From assembly GCA_013239625.1 (NCBI GenBank), contig MU053934.1, forward strand, positions 1,853,031-1,917,030: a stretch of DNA of 64,000 bases, given 5' to 3'. This stretch comes from Lama guanicoe (lineage: Eukaryota). The notes beneath the pieces are model-generated. The model was not told the DNA's origin. It did no database searches and saw nothing but the letters and a program-made list of their open reading frames with translations. Both the position numbers and the translations under genes were made by a program. Below are positions 12,540 through 25,617 of this stretch, in pieces (the stretch's first letter is position 1; each line of letters opens with the position of its first letter).

Positions 12540-13122
12540 CTACAGGAGAGAAGAGAACTGACTTTACAGATACCTCTCCCCCGGGACGGCCAGCCGGACA
12601 CGCACCCACCCACACGCAGACGGACCCAGACATGGACACGGAGACAGACAGACGCAAACACGGACACATGTGGGGAGAGAATGTTTCAAACTGCATCAGT
12701 CTGCATGTTATCCCTTGGTGCAAAATGAAGCTCCACTTAAGGCAGGGGTTTGCTTTCCAATTTGTAATAGTAATAAAAATAAACTACATTGTACCACCTG
12801 TTCTCAAATTTAAGAAATGAAGAAATGATTTTGGATCTGTCTTATTTTTGGTCTTTGTTGGAACTTAGAACAGAGACAATGTTTACAGAAAGTTGGGAGA
12901 ACTTGACCTGATGGACAGGAAATGTACATTATAGAATTAAGACATATTATATTTGCCTGCATTAACTTCAGATTCCTTGTGCGCACTCAGGTTGACCTAC
13001 TGCTAGGAGACTGCGGTGCGTAAAGAAAGGCCCCACACAGTGCTATGCCCCGTGTGGCCTGGCAGGTCTGCAAAGAGGTTAAGATAAGCAAGCAATATTT
13101 AGAAGGAAAAACCAGAGTAGAT

Positions 13123-13259
13123 CAGGGGTTGGCAAACCTCCACCTGTGAGCCAGTGGTCTGCCACCTGTTTCTGAAAGTAGCTGTGGCAGGGACCGCATG
13201 GCCTACGAAGCGGAAGATATTTATCACTTGGCTCCCTATAGAAAAAGTCTGCCAACTCC
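13123..13259 (+). mobile_element. MER58-like hAT remnant
   Basis: Ends caggggttggcaaac and gtctgccaactcc form an imperfect inverted repeat. Confidence 0.65.
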
Positions 13260-16200
13260 AATCCGTATTTCAGACTCAGGCAAATCAGGTTACAAAGGGC
13301 TGAGGATCCCTGGGCTAGACTTAGACAGACCAGGAGGCCCTCCCTGCCTGCCCCAAGCATTTAACTGCATTTATTTTCCTTAAGCCCTTAAGAGGTTTTG
13401 GGACTCCTACATCCTAACCTCACAGTAGGCTCTGGGGCTTTTCTTCTAAGGGTGCAGATATCCTCTCAGGGCTAAAGAGCTTCAAATTCCCCTGTCTGAT
13501 TATTTTAACTCAGTTTAGATGAACCAAATACTCAAAAGGTTTTCACTGTTGGGGTGAAGCATATGTGCTCCTTCATGAAGTATTTCACAGATAATCCCAA
13601 CAAGTGCCACATGGGACAGGCGATTTTAAAAAGCGGCAAGCCCCACTTTTCCTTCTTTCTCATTACCTTTCTAGAATTCATCTATTGTACCTAAGCCGAG
13701 TTCAGGTGTGTATTGTTACTACTGTCTTCTCCCTATCAAACATAGCTCTGTATGTTGAACTGGTCCGTTGGGACAGCATTTCAGCAGTGAGCAACAGCAC
13801 ACTTCATTTCTCATGGACATCAGAAGCTTCCACTTATCAGTTTTCAATTTGAATGTCCGATGTTCAATTTTTGCTAAGCCTACAACAGAAATTTCAAATT
13901 TATTTCTATATCATTTTTTTAGGATTGAAAACAAGTATCTTCTAGGGGGACCGCTGTTCATCTGATCGGGCAGTTTCTAGCTTGCTGCTTTTATTTCTTT
14001 TCAAATCTTATTCTGGAAACACCTGCAATTTCCTCTTATAGGTGTCTATAGCTTTTTGCTTCTTTCTTACATAACTTATGCTTTCTCTAACAGGAGAAAT
14101 TGCACTGTCGGGGAAAATTTACTCTCGCTCTTTAAATTTATGCCACTTAAAGTCATCGGAATTAGCTTCAAAGGTACATTAAAAAAAAAAATCCCTGACT
14201 GGCTTTCAGCGGTTATGTATTATTCCTTCTTTGTTCTTCAAGTGAATGACTTAGAAAAGCACACATTGCTTTCTCAATTATAAATTCTTCCACAGATCTT
14301 CATATAAATAAGAAAACTCTAATATTTATCAAACACTGGCAATGAAATGGTAACGAACAGGGATGCGGCAGGAAGCACCCTCAGGGGTATCTGTGACCCA
14401 TATGTCTCCTCTGAATTCCAGCCAGGTCTATGGGAATGGGCAGGCCAGACTGATCTGGGCAAAGCTATACATCCAGGCTGTGATATATACGCTGTCATAC
14501 ATATACACCAATGTATACACTATATATAAACTAACGTGTCTCTTTACCTTATTTCCTTTTTTAAAAACTTCTAAAGAAGACATGAAACAGTAAAAATATT
14601 TGTTAAGGGAAGCAACATGCTAATCATAGCTGAAAGCTTAGGCTTTAAATGAACCTTGAAGGCTCACTTTTTCAGTATAACTAGAGACGGCTCCATAAGT
14701 TAAGAATTAAAGTGCGCTAGTGTGAAGTCTACAGCAGGACTTTCTTTAGTAAAACGTCTTTGTAAACAAGGATAATGTGGTAAACAAGCATCATGAGGTT
14801 TGTCCCCTTAGCATTCCGTCAAAACCCCAAAATCTTTAAAAATTTAGAAAGTCAAGGTAATAAATGCAATTAAAGCCCAGTTCATATCCACCTGAGTGAA
14901 ACACTTCAGAACTGAAGTTCTGTGCCACAGGTGGAGGCATACATTCTCCTTAAGGGATTCTGAGGTTTAAAAGTACTAACTAGACCCTCAGTAAGTCAGA
15001 GATACTGGGGATTATATTAAATCATTAAATTTGAGGTGTACTGCACTAATTTTGGGAAAAAAAAAGAGGTTCTGAATGAGGTTACTGATAGAACCCCTCA
15101 GTTTCCTTGGCCTGCAAGAAGCCGTCAGAATCTTAGTGGTTTGGGGGTAATGTTATCGTTAATCAAAACAACTCTAAAAGGATCAGACTGTGGGAAGAAA
15201 GGGTCCTTCTAAGCCAGAAGGAAATGGAGATAATCTATCTGCAGTAGTTTCCTTCTACTTAAGTGAACTCTGACTTTGGAGTCTGAATTTGATGAGGCTC
15301 TTTCTCTGCTATTCGAATTCAGGAAAACAGGACAGGGATGCAAGTATCTTACTGACAACAAAAGGCTCAAGAAGATCAGCATTAAGAAAAACTACAGTAA
15401 ATTTTTTAAAAAAGCAGATTATCTTTCAACATGGCCTCTCTCCTAACTACTTTATACTGGTGCCGTCGAGAGGCCCTTTAAAGGGAGGTGGCTGTCTATG
15501 CTTAGGATGGGCAGGTAATATCCTAATAAATGAATCTGGTAATTCATCAATGACTACCTCCAAAGTTAGAAAAACTAAATTATATATCATGGATTTACTC
15601 GACTTAGATGTATTCTTACTCCTGAGTATTTCTGCTGGTGCTTTAAGATTGGTTATTGGACAAAACATCTCACATAATATAAGACAAGGAAAATTCAGAT
15701 ATATTTATTTCTATTCTGGATTTTGGATCGCATAAAGAATCCAGGCGGAAAAACTGTTTTCTCAGCTGGCTCTTCTACTGGCAAATCTGAAGTCGTTTCT
15801 AGAACATGAGAACAAAGTGCAGTTTGAAACACCAAGGGTTTTGTTGCTGTTTCTTAAGGTTTTCAAAAAAAAAAAAACAAGGGTGGGGAAGGGGGCAGGA
15901 GAGACAGAGTTCAGGCGTGGGGAAGGGATATGGCGCCACATTTATTAATCACATTAAAAACTAAGCATGCCAACATCTGGAGCTAAAACAACCAGCAAAA
16001 TCACCACGTTCAGACTCGGATTGGCTAACTCTATCTATCCCAGCATTCTCTTGGGACAGCGGTTTGCCCTAGGCTCTACCACAAGCTCGGTGAAGTACAC
16101 AGCCTCAATTACTAGAGCGTGCAGCCACAACGACCTGGTATTACGGAGACAGTCAGTCACCACTTGAGTTAACATTCCATACCCTAACGACTGGCCCCTC

Positions 16201-16530
16201 CCCAGCCCAAAGGAATAGTCAATCTTGCCCACCCTAGCCCTGGCCCACACCACAATGTTAATAATTATAACAAGCAGTAACCCATCTGTTATATCAGAGA
16301 AGGGAACAGAGACTCCACTGAGAGATTTAGAGTGAGATGTTAACATTTCTTCAGCTGACTGCACAAACAAACAAACAAAAAAAAAAAAAAGAGGAGAAAT
16401 AATTCATTTGGAGATATGAAGTCATGAAATAGCTGATGTGTATTGCTTTTAACCATGCACTGATGCAAAACTGAAGCAACCATTAATAATAAAAAGTAAA
16501 AAGGACATATGTATTTACACACAATCAGAC

Positions 16531-16562
16531 CTGTTTGATCTGAAGCAGTTTGCAGACTCTAT
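16531..16562 (-). CDS. RBFOX2: RBFOX2 32-nt frameshifting alternative exon, IESANCFRSN(R)
   Basis: Acceptor acag|ATA, donor CAG|gtctga, 32 nt. Peptide matches the alternative C-terminus isoforms as I recall them. Confidence 0.9.
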
Positions 16563-18718
16563 CTGTGTGTGATTTGAAATAAAACAAAAAATGGGGATTA
16601 GCATGGCCACAGCACACCCTAATGTAGGAGGGCACACACGGACAGCTTTTTGGAACCTGAGAACTGGATAAATTTGGCATGGCTAAGCCTGGTCCAAATA
16701 CACACACGCCCCTTTAAAAATAATTACTTTCTTATCCGTTTGTAACTCATTCTGAATGACTTCTAGTGTTCCCAACTCGGGCAGCCCAGCGCCACATCAA
16801 TCCCCTGTTCAACCTCCCTGACCCTGACACCAAGATCCTGTGCTGACCCACAGCACTCGGTAGTGTGCTTATCCTGTCGACACCCAGACATTCTGACCCA
16901 GCGTTCTTCTACAATATTTCCTGTGTTTATCAAGCATTGTATCTTTTCACATACCCATAACACATCCTGCCTTCACCGCCTGGCTTTCTCAAGGGAAAAT
17001 GCTGTTACCTTTACCATCCCTTGGTTGCTGTTGTTAAAGTCTCACTTTCCCATTGCTCAAGGTCATCTCCTGGGGATTTTCTCCTCCACTCTGCATCAGT
17101 TTTGTTGCCTAATTAACGTTACGACGTTGCCACACTGACCACGTGATTCTTCCGCACAGTTCTGTAGCTGTGCTTTAACTAGAACACGATGGAAGGGTTC
17201 CACATGTTGTCCCCCTTATACCTGACCTCTGTCTGCCTATCTAAGTTTAATCTCACACTGGTAGGCCTTCTCCTTGTCTTGATTTTAACCTGGCCATTAA
17301 TTTCATCATTATATTTTTGTTTCAGGATTTACATAAAAACAGGACTTTGGTGAGCATGTGATGTCAAGACACCTTCTTTCTACCTGGAAGACAAAATGAC
17401 ATTATGTGACATTGAGGAGAAGAATGTGTGTTTCAAGACCAGCAGACAAAATGAAAGCTTGTTCCCTACATGTGGTGTATGGATTTACAGAGCAAGGGGA
17501 GTGGGGATGTATGTGGGTGGGGAGAATGGCAGGTCTGATGCTTAAAATCACTACAGCAGAGCAGAGATCTTGTCCAACTAGCCTGGGTCTAATGCTGTGC
17601 CTCTGGGAGTCACTTTGTTTCTACACGATTCTAACTCCCTCCTTCCCTCACCTCCTTCTGCAGCTGAGATCCACTGAGCTGGGCTGAGCTCAGATGAGGA
17701 GGCGCTCTTTAGGAGAACAGAGTTCTTAGGGGGCAATATGGCACCTTTGATTAAATGTGAGTAACACTGATGTGAATGCAGAACTTCTAATAATATTTTC
17801 ACTGCCTTTGACTGAGAGACCTAACTACTTTGTAAAGTGGATATGAAAAATTTTTAAGGAAACTATTTTAAATTTATCTTATTATTATAATTGGGGTTAA
17901 GGAAAGAAATTTTTATGACCAACTTGGTATCTTCCATTTATTACTTTTAAGATAGATGAGAGATGATCTTATAATTAATTAAACCTTTCAAACACTACTA
18001 TTCCATATCTCCCCAAATTAGTTCATTTCCAAAATCTCACTGGGTAGCCAAATCAAGAGACTAACTGAGTTGTGAAAAGCTACCTACTGTTTTCTTTTTC
18101 TTAGCATCCAGCTATCAGCAAACCTGACAGTCCATCATTATCCAAATGAACTCACTGACCTTGTTTTAAGGTGAAAGGGGGGCAAGGGAAATGTGTTTTG
18201 ATGTTAGAGTCCCAGTATGTCTAAATTTTTAAGACAACTTCAAATTTACATAGCAGCACCGTCCAATTACTACCATGACTTCACGACAGGACCCAATTTG
18301 GGATTCAGGACTCCTGTTTAACACATATCCTATTTTCTCCCTTTTCTCATTTCTTTCACAAGAGTAAGAAAATGTCCCAAATTGCTGAGATCTCCAAATC
18401 TAAAAGATCAGTTTAAACACCATGGATAAATGTGATTGACAAACTAAAAGAGGTGGCAGTGATGGGACAGTGCATATAACACACCTGGTGTGGATATGTG
18501 GCAATGGACTTAATTTTGGAGGAAGTGCCATCGTGTAAGGAACTTGACTGTGTGCACTGCTGAGGTAGCAGGGCTTAGATCACACGCTCACAAGTCTTGA
18601 TTGTCCAAAAAAGCCTCTGTTCCCATCTCTAACGTGGAGCTGGAATGGTTAGTATATTTCAATTTTTTCACTGCAATCCACAATCTGATTGATTGGCAGG
18701 TCACACTGGCACTCCTAC

Positions 18719-18761
18719 CTGAGGTATTTTAGCGCTAATGATTGGTTCCTGTAAGACTATT
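18719..18761 (-). CDS. RBFOX2: RBFOX2 muscle-type alternative exon M43, 43 nt, IVLQEPIISAKIPQ
   Basis: Acceptor atag|A, donor CAG|gtagga, exactly 43 nt, phase 2-0, open frame. Peptide matches the muscle isoform as I recall it. Confidence 0.92.
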
Positions 18762-21730
18762 CTATAACAGAACACAGGAAGAGCAGTTCAAAAAACACAG
18801 CTGTGGAAGGAAAACAATCATACAAAAAAGCCCGCTAAGGGGCCCACCAGCCTTTTCTTTCCTTTGGATGCAAGCATGCTTTTCACAGGATGAGAATTAG
18901 GAGCAGTTTGTTATCCCATTAAAAAAGTGAATTAGGGTGAATTATGTCTTTTCTACTCATCAAGAAAAGAGGGGGCGGGCAGACACGTAATCCATCTGCT
19001 ACACTCCCAGGTCTTATCGTCGTGAGTCTTTTCACAAATTATGGGCACAATTGCTAGATCAGTTCTCCAGAGAGGAACGTGCCACAAAAGAAACAGCAAG
19101 GAAGAAAATGGCTAGCAGGGATTACGGCCTAAGAACAGAACAGGGAAAGAGATTAAAAAGACAAAAAACAAAATAAAACAAAACAACAAAACACCAAAAA
19201 AGCAAAAATCCTCCACAGTTGACAGCCTAAATTAATATAACTTAAACAAAATCAGTAACTTACACTCTTTTCCCTCATGCTGTCTCTTCAAGCTTGGGTT
19301 CAGGGTAACTCTTTATACTAGATAAACCCTCCTCTCTTTCTATGTCTAATCTCCTTTTCTGAGGAAACAACAACTAAACATCTATGGATAGCTTCCCACA
19401 GAAGGGAAAATGCACAGAGAGAAGCAGAACTCAAGGTAAAATCATAGGGCTTTCTGGTTGTTGCTGTTTGTCTGCATGTTTTTAAAGAAGCCTCCTTTGC
19501 CACATCACGCATGGAACAGGGGGTCTCAAGTTTCAAAAGCTGTAGGAAGAGTTTACTTTAGGCCTCGCTCAACAGTTACCTCCTCACATATTCTTGTTTT
19601 TCATTCGTGGGTTTGGATATTATTTCAGCACTAGTGACCAACTTTTTCGTCCGATTAAGTGCTGTAAGATAAGAACTAAGAAATGAAAATACCATTACTA
19701 GTACTCCTTTCATCAACAAGGGGCCACTGGTTAAAAAAATGTTTCAGCAAGGTCACTGAATTACTTCTGTTCAGCTTGATAAGGTAATCCAGTTAGTAAA
19801 CTTAAAAAAAAAAATTCAAGAGCATTTTTTCAACAAGTACAGAAAAAGCATCTCTCTTTTAATAAAATCATATATTATAAACTAAGGAAGAGAGAGAACT
19901 GTAAGCAAGTATTTGGTTGGTTGACTTGACAAGGTGGAAGTAGGCAAATCTTAATAAGGCACAAAGAGGCCACATTCTTAAGAAATCCCCTAATAAGGAG
20001 GATACTAGACAGGAAAAAAAAACCCACCTTAACTTAAGAAATAATTCAAATGGAAGTGTACTATAATAGACCAGATTTCAAGAAAACAACTTAAATAACA
20101 TAAAGATGAGTTTCATGAAAATATGGATACTAATGTATATGGAGAATGTACATGCTGAGATTGTATGTAAGTATGTACTTAGAAAAGTGCAATTTGGTGT
20201 AAAGTAGTATATAGTTTCCCAACCCTTGAGTTTCACTGTGAGCACAAGAAAAAGAGATCTTTCACTATTTCTTGAAAACCATCTGAGGAAAGATGTAGAT
20301 TTCACTTAAAGTACTAACAGAGGCAGTGAAATATGGATTATTTGGGTTTTATGCTTGGCTATACAAATAATTTATGTAATCTGGGTAAGTCACAATCTAA
20401 GAAACACATCTACAAAGGGAGAGGGTTGGACCAAATCATGACTAAGGTTCCTTTAAGTATGTGTTAAATTGAGCATACTCTGAAGGTCTGCTCTGAATAG
20501 GACAGGTAAGTACCATCGCCCACAGCATCCCAGAGGACCGCTTTATCCTGTCTCTACCTCCTGCAATATACAGAGGCTGTAAGTGCATTCTAAAAGTGCA
20601 TTAATGTTCTTAGATTGCCAGAGAGTCTTTGGCAGACTGCGGAAATAGTTCATTAAAAAGGTACCCTTACCAACTTTCGGGAGGTGAGGGCGGGGAAAGC
20701 ATTTCTAGATAATTCTAACCTATGCCCAAGGAATAATTTCATGCTGACAAGTTTTTCTTATGAAATTGTTTCTTAACGATTCGGGTGGCTAGACCAAGTT
20801 TGCAATCAGAAAAAGACCACTTGGAAAGGTCCTAATTAAAAGACTTCAAAACTCAAAAACTTGACTCCCTGTCAGTTAGATCACTTCGTCCATATTTTAA
20901 ATAATATATGACAACCAATCATGAAACTGTAGCTAGACAGTTTAAATAATGGATGATAATAAGGATGTTGACATGGCTGGCTGAATCAACAAATCTTGTA
21001 TGACGGTCAAATGTTTGTAAAAGAGGTGAGGTTGCTAATTATGCACTCATTTCCCTGTCGGTGGCTCTGAAGAAAAGAGCCCCACTGGTTGTGGACTTTC
21101 TGATACAGAAGAGCCTCACGCACTGACTCCCTGGTTTCCTCTCATTCCTACCCACTCTTCACTGGTATCAGTTCCTTATTTCACTTTCACAACATAATGC
21201 TCCCTCAAAGTATGTTAACTAGAAAAACACACATTTCAGAAAGCTCACTGCCATCTATGTAAATCCAAGCTCTAACGATCTAAAGAGGGATATGAAATGG
21301 GAAGAAAAGCAGAACAGGGAAAGAGCTGGTTTAAGGCTAAGCTAGTCCTGTTATTTATGTGTGCACATGAGACGACAGTAATAACAGACTTTAAACCTGC
21401 TGATCATCTCGCAAATGTATTAGTGATACACAGAGTATCTGTGGGTAAAGGGAAGGGAAAAGAATATGTCCAGTAGACTGACTCTAGCAATGATCAGGAA
21501 ACCCAAAGGCTTAGTTTTGGCACCCAGGGCAAGCGCAGTGGCAGAGAAGCATGCTTGCATTCTTAAATATATAAATATATATATATATATATCCACAAGG
21601 AAAAAGAAAATAAAAAATTAAATAAATTATATTAAAAAAACAAAACAAAACAAACCAAACCAAAGAAACAGAAAAAAAAGGCTGGCTTGTCAGGGGATGG
21701 GGTCGAGAAGGCCCCGGTGTGTGTACTTAC

Positions 21731-21770
21731 ATAGAGGTCAGCACCGTAAAATCCGTCCTGGTAAACCACA
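21731..21770 (-). CDS. RBFOX2: RBFOX2 alternative exon B40, 40 nt, VVYQDGFYGADLY
   Basis: Acceptor gcag|T, donor TAT|gtaagt, exactly 40 nt, phase 2-0. Confidence 0.96.
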
Positions 21771-24700
21771 CTGCAGAAAATCCACACAAAAACAAAAACA
21801 AAAAAACAAAAGAACAGAAACACATTCCGGTTATTGAGGACGGCAGCATGCACATGCGCTCTACACAGGCAGGTGATGTATGAATACGGAACCGGGGCCG
21901 GGGGCCGGGGGAGGCAGTGAGGAGTGTGCACTGCACACGCAAGTGATGCACCTCCAGGACACGCAAGGCGGGGAAGGAACGCAAAACTGCAGTGAGCCAC
22001 CTGCATGTCTGGTAATTAAAGTAAGATTAAAACAATAAAGAGCACTCCCAAAGGGCCTAATAGAGCTTTGGAAAATCTGCTGGATTGGAAAGAAACATCA
22101 ACTTTTCATATCTGGAGTATTTTTTAAAAATAAGCTTGTTCTAGGATGAAGTTTTTCTTTAAAGAACTTCAAAAGGGGTGTGTGTATGTGGGCTGGAGGG
22201 CAGGAGATATATAGAGAGGGGTTTAACATGAAGAAAAAAAAAAAAGACCCAAAGAACTCCATTAGGGCAGGACCTGTATGCAAAGTATGTTTCAAAATTA
22301 TGTTTAGTATTTTGTTACCAGTTTCATAGTAATATGTTAATTTTTTTTCTGATATCCATACATCACCTGCTTTTTACCCTGCACATTAGACATGCGATAA
22401 GATTTGGCTGATCACACAAGCATGCAAAGTATTATTATTCAGCATTTTAAGAACCAATGCAACACCTCAGAAAAACAAGTCAATCAATTCTGACCAAAGT
22501 AAACAGAGAAATGTAATTAAAAAAAAAACACAACCAAAAATACCCACAATGCATTGCTTTCACAAGCAGAGATAATGAGCTAAAGGTTAAGGTGATTGGT
22601 CCAAGGTCCAAGAATTGAAAGGTGCAGTGGGGATCCCAGATAGTAACAATATAATCCAGAGTGGGGAGGAGTAACTGGAAGACTTTAAGGGTTCTTTTTT
22701 GACCATTAGAATATTCATGGAATTCTGAAAAATACAACTGATAACTGAAGTTTGGGCATGACCTGCTTTATTTAAACGAATAAAACCGAGAAGGTAGCTG
22801 ATTAGGAATAGAAGGGTTTACTTTCCTGTTTAGAAAATGAATTTGTATCAAACAAACAAAATACATGACTCTTCTTAATCCTGAGCAACACTAAACTATT
22901 ATAATTAAAATACAGATTTCAAACCTTTTGAGACATTCTGTGCACAAAATTTCCCCAAAACATTATTTTGGGACCAAAACACATGGAATAGCAGTAGAGG
23001 AAAAAGATAAGACTTCCTTCTTCATATGTATTAAATCAAGATTTGGCTATTTAAAATTAGATCATTTATTCAACTAAACGAGCTGGAAATTTTCACTACT
23101 ACCTTCTCTATTACAATAAACAAGCTAGCAAGTGAGGTCATCAAGTTATATATTTTAACTTGAATATGAAAATAACTTATTTCTTATAGATAGCTGGAAA
23201 GTTTCTGAATTCTACTTCCAATGACATTCTGCTGTGTTTACAGAACAGTAGGATCACACTTTGCAATGCCTCAAATATGCTGAGCCTTTGTATTACACAG
23301 TAGGCAAATTAAACTCGTCTGTGAGGTTTTTAGCTAAGTTCTATCCATTTTCATAGTCTCCAATTGCAGTTAAAGTCTGATACTAGAAAGTAACCTGCCT
23401 CTCAATTGCAATTTAGTAAAAAAGAGACTTATTCATAATAAGAAGGCTGATAAAATGCAAAGCATTGATGCCAAGTGGTGATTAATTAACCTTCAACTAT
23501 TTCAGTAGGGGATATAGGCAAAGATTAAAAAAATATTTCTTCTACAGAGAAGAGTGGTGGCATTAAAACCATGAATAAATTTTACACTAAGGTGCATCAC
23601 TCACTGGGAATATTCACCTAAATTCTAGAAGAATTCCAATATTCCCTATATCAAATGCCACAAGGAGGCTAGGACACAATGATTAATGATGAAATTAGTT
23701 TACTAAGCTGAAAAGCAATTTTAGGCCATTCCCCATAAAATACTGGACTTATTCCTTGCCATCTTCCATGTAAACAGGTGGTTTAGTTAATAAAAAAGAA
23801 AACATGGGAGATTAGTGTTCAATGTAATGCACAGAAATTGATGTGATTAGACATAGAGATAAAATATCTTTGAGTAAATATATACCTGACAGACTTGGTA
23901 GAGAATGGGTTCTCAAGTTTGGCCAATATACTGAAATGACCTATATTGAATAGGAATGAATGCAACCACTTTATAAAGTAACTCAGAAATATTACAAAAT
24001 AAAGAAATCCTATGTTTCTGGTGAGCAGTATTTCTTTGCAAACATGACGGTAAAGTCTCTTTTACTGAAATGGAAGACACTTCATGAGCAATTTTCCTAG
24101 TGTGTAGAACTTCCAAGGATCAGTTTTACATTTTACTTGAATATTTCTTGATGCAACGATACTGAATCTTTATTCACTTCTTTAAAAAGAGATGTCAGAG
24201 GTTGAAGGTTGAAGGTCAAAGGTCAAGTTGAGAGAAAAAAGGATAAAATTAAAAGTAAGTAATGGCAGAAGATGGAGGTGATGGAATGCATGGGATTTAA
24301 ACATCTATAACCTACAAACAGAATTTTATTTCTCAAGTAGTTCCTTTCCAGTGGCTTCTGGAGCCTGCCCATTTCAGCATGCATAGCTGTCCTGTCTAAC
24401 AAAAATGCTTTAATTCTGTGCAAGTGAGGACCCCAAATGGCATGTCCCTTTGGTCTAGGAATGAATGCTACCTTAGTACATCTCACAGCCAATTGTGCTG
24501 TCAGCAAAGGACCTGCAAAGGAGGCTCTTTCCCTTCACATTGTAACTAAGTAGCAGTGAATGGGCTCCTCTGCCACTGTGTTTATTCCTCAGTAAGAATA
24601 AGGGAAAATAACCTGTCCGAGGCAGAGAAAAGATGAAGAACACAAATGTCACATCTTTGAAGAGAGAAAGTCCTTGATATAACTAACTTATAAAGTCCAT

Positions 24701-25484
24701 TCTTTATAAAAATATACATTTTAGGCTGACACTGAGAAACAACTAAAAACAAAACCTGCCATCTTCACTCCTTCTCCCCTATTCAATACCAAAGGATTTA
24801 TTTGTTGCTATGGAATCATTCCACTGCATGAGACACCCTCCATACAAAAATCAAAGGGTGAATGATGCTCAGCTACATTAGTTGTTTTACCATCATTCAG
24901 AAGCCAACTGTGGTTTAATTCTTCCTACTTCTCCCTTTCTCCCTTGATTCAATTGGACTTGGTTCATCTTTGAATTAACCTCTTTTAATCCGTTTCCTAC
25001 AAAGAAAGCAAATCCATTGTGGGTAACTAGCTCTGCTGCTCACCACCCAGGCAGTGAAACCAAAAGGGAGGGCACAGGTGATAGCCTCAGCCCCAACAAG
25101 GGTGGTGATGAGGGGGTGAGTCCAGCAGACGCAGGCTCGCACTACAATCTTTTGCTCCTATTGTGGTTCTCTGCAGGAGTGTTAATCCATACTCGTGCGA
25201 TGCGGAGTGAACTCCATGCCAACACACTGCTAGTGAACACAAGACAGTTCTGGCTACTGTCTTAAGCCACTACCGTGAGGGCTTAAGGTGGCCAAGATGA
25301 AGATTTATAGAATGAACTGATATTTTGTTCCAGTCTGATGATGGTATGGTTCTTGCCATCTAATCCGTTAATTTGCAAATATTCACGAATCTCTACTACG
25401 TGGCACGGCAACATCCCAAGAGTTGTAAGAGGGCCATGGTACTCTCTTTTTGTTCGGTTGCTTATTTTGGAAGCTCCTGCTTAC

Positions 25485-25617
25485 CCTGGATAGGCGGGAA
25501 TGGCTGTTGGAGGTACCGCTCGGACCGCACCGTATACCGTCCGCCCTCTGCCCCTCAGATGGGCTCCTCTGAAAGCGGCCGCCGTGGTGGCTGCAGTTGG
25601 GTAAGGGAAGCCAGGAA
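25485..25617 (-). CDS. RBFOX2: RBFOX2 coding exon, 133 nt, (I)[43 protein letters not shown](G)
   Basis: Acceptor ttag|TT, donor AGG|gtaagc, phase 1-2. Confidence 0.96.
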
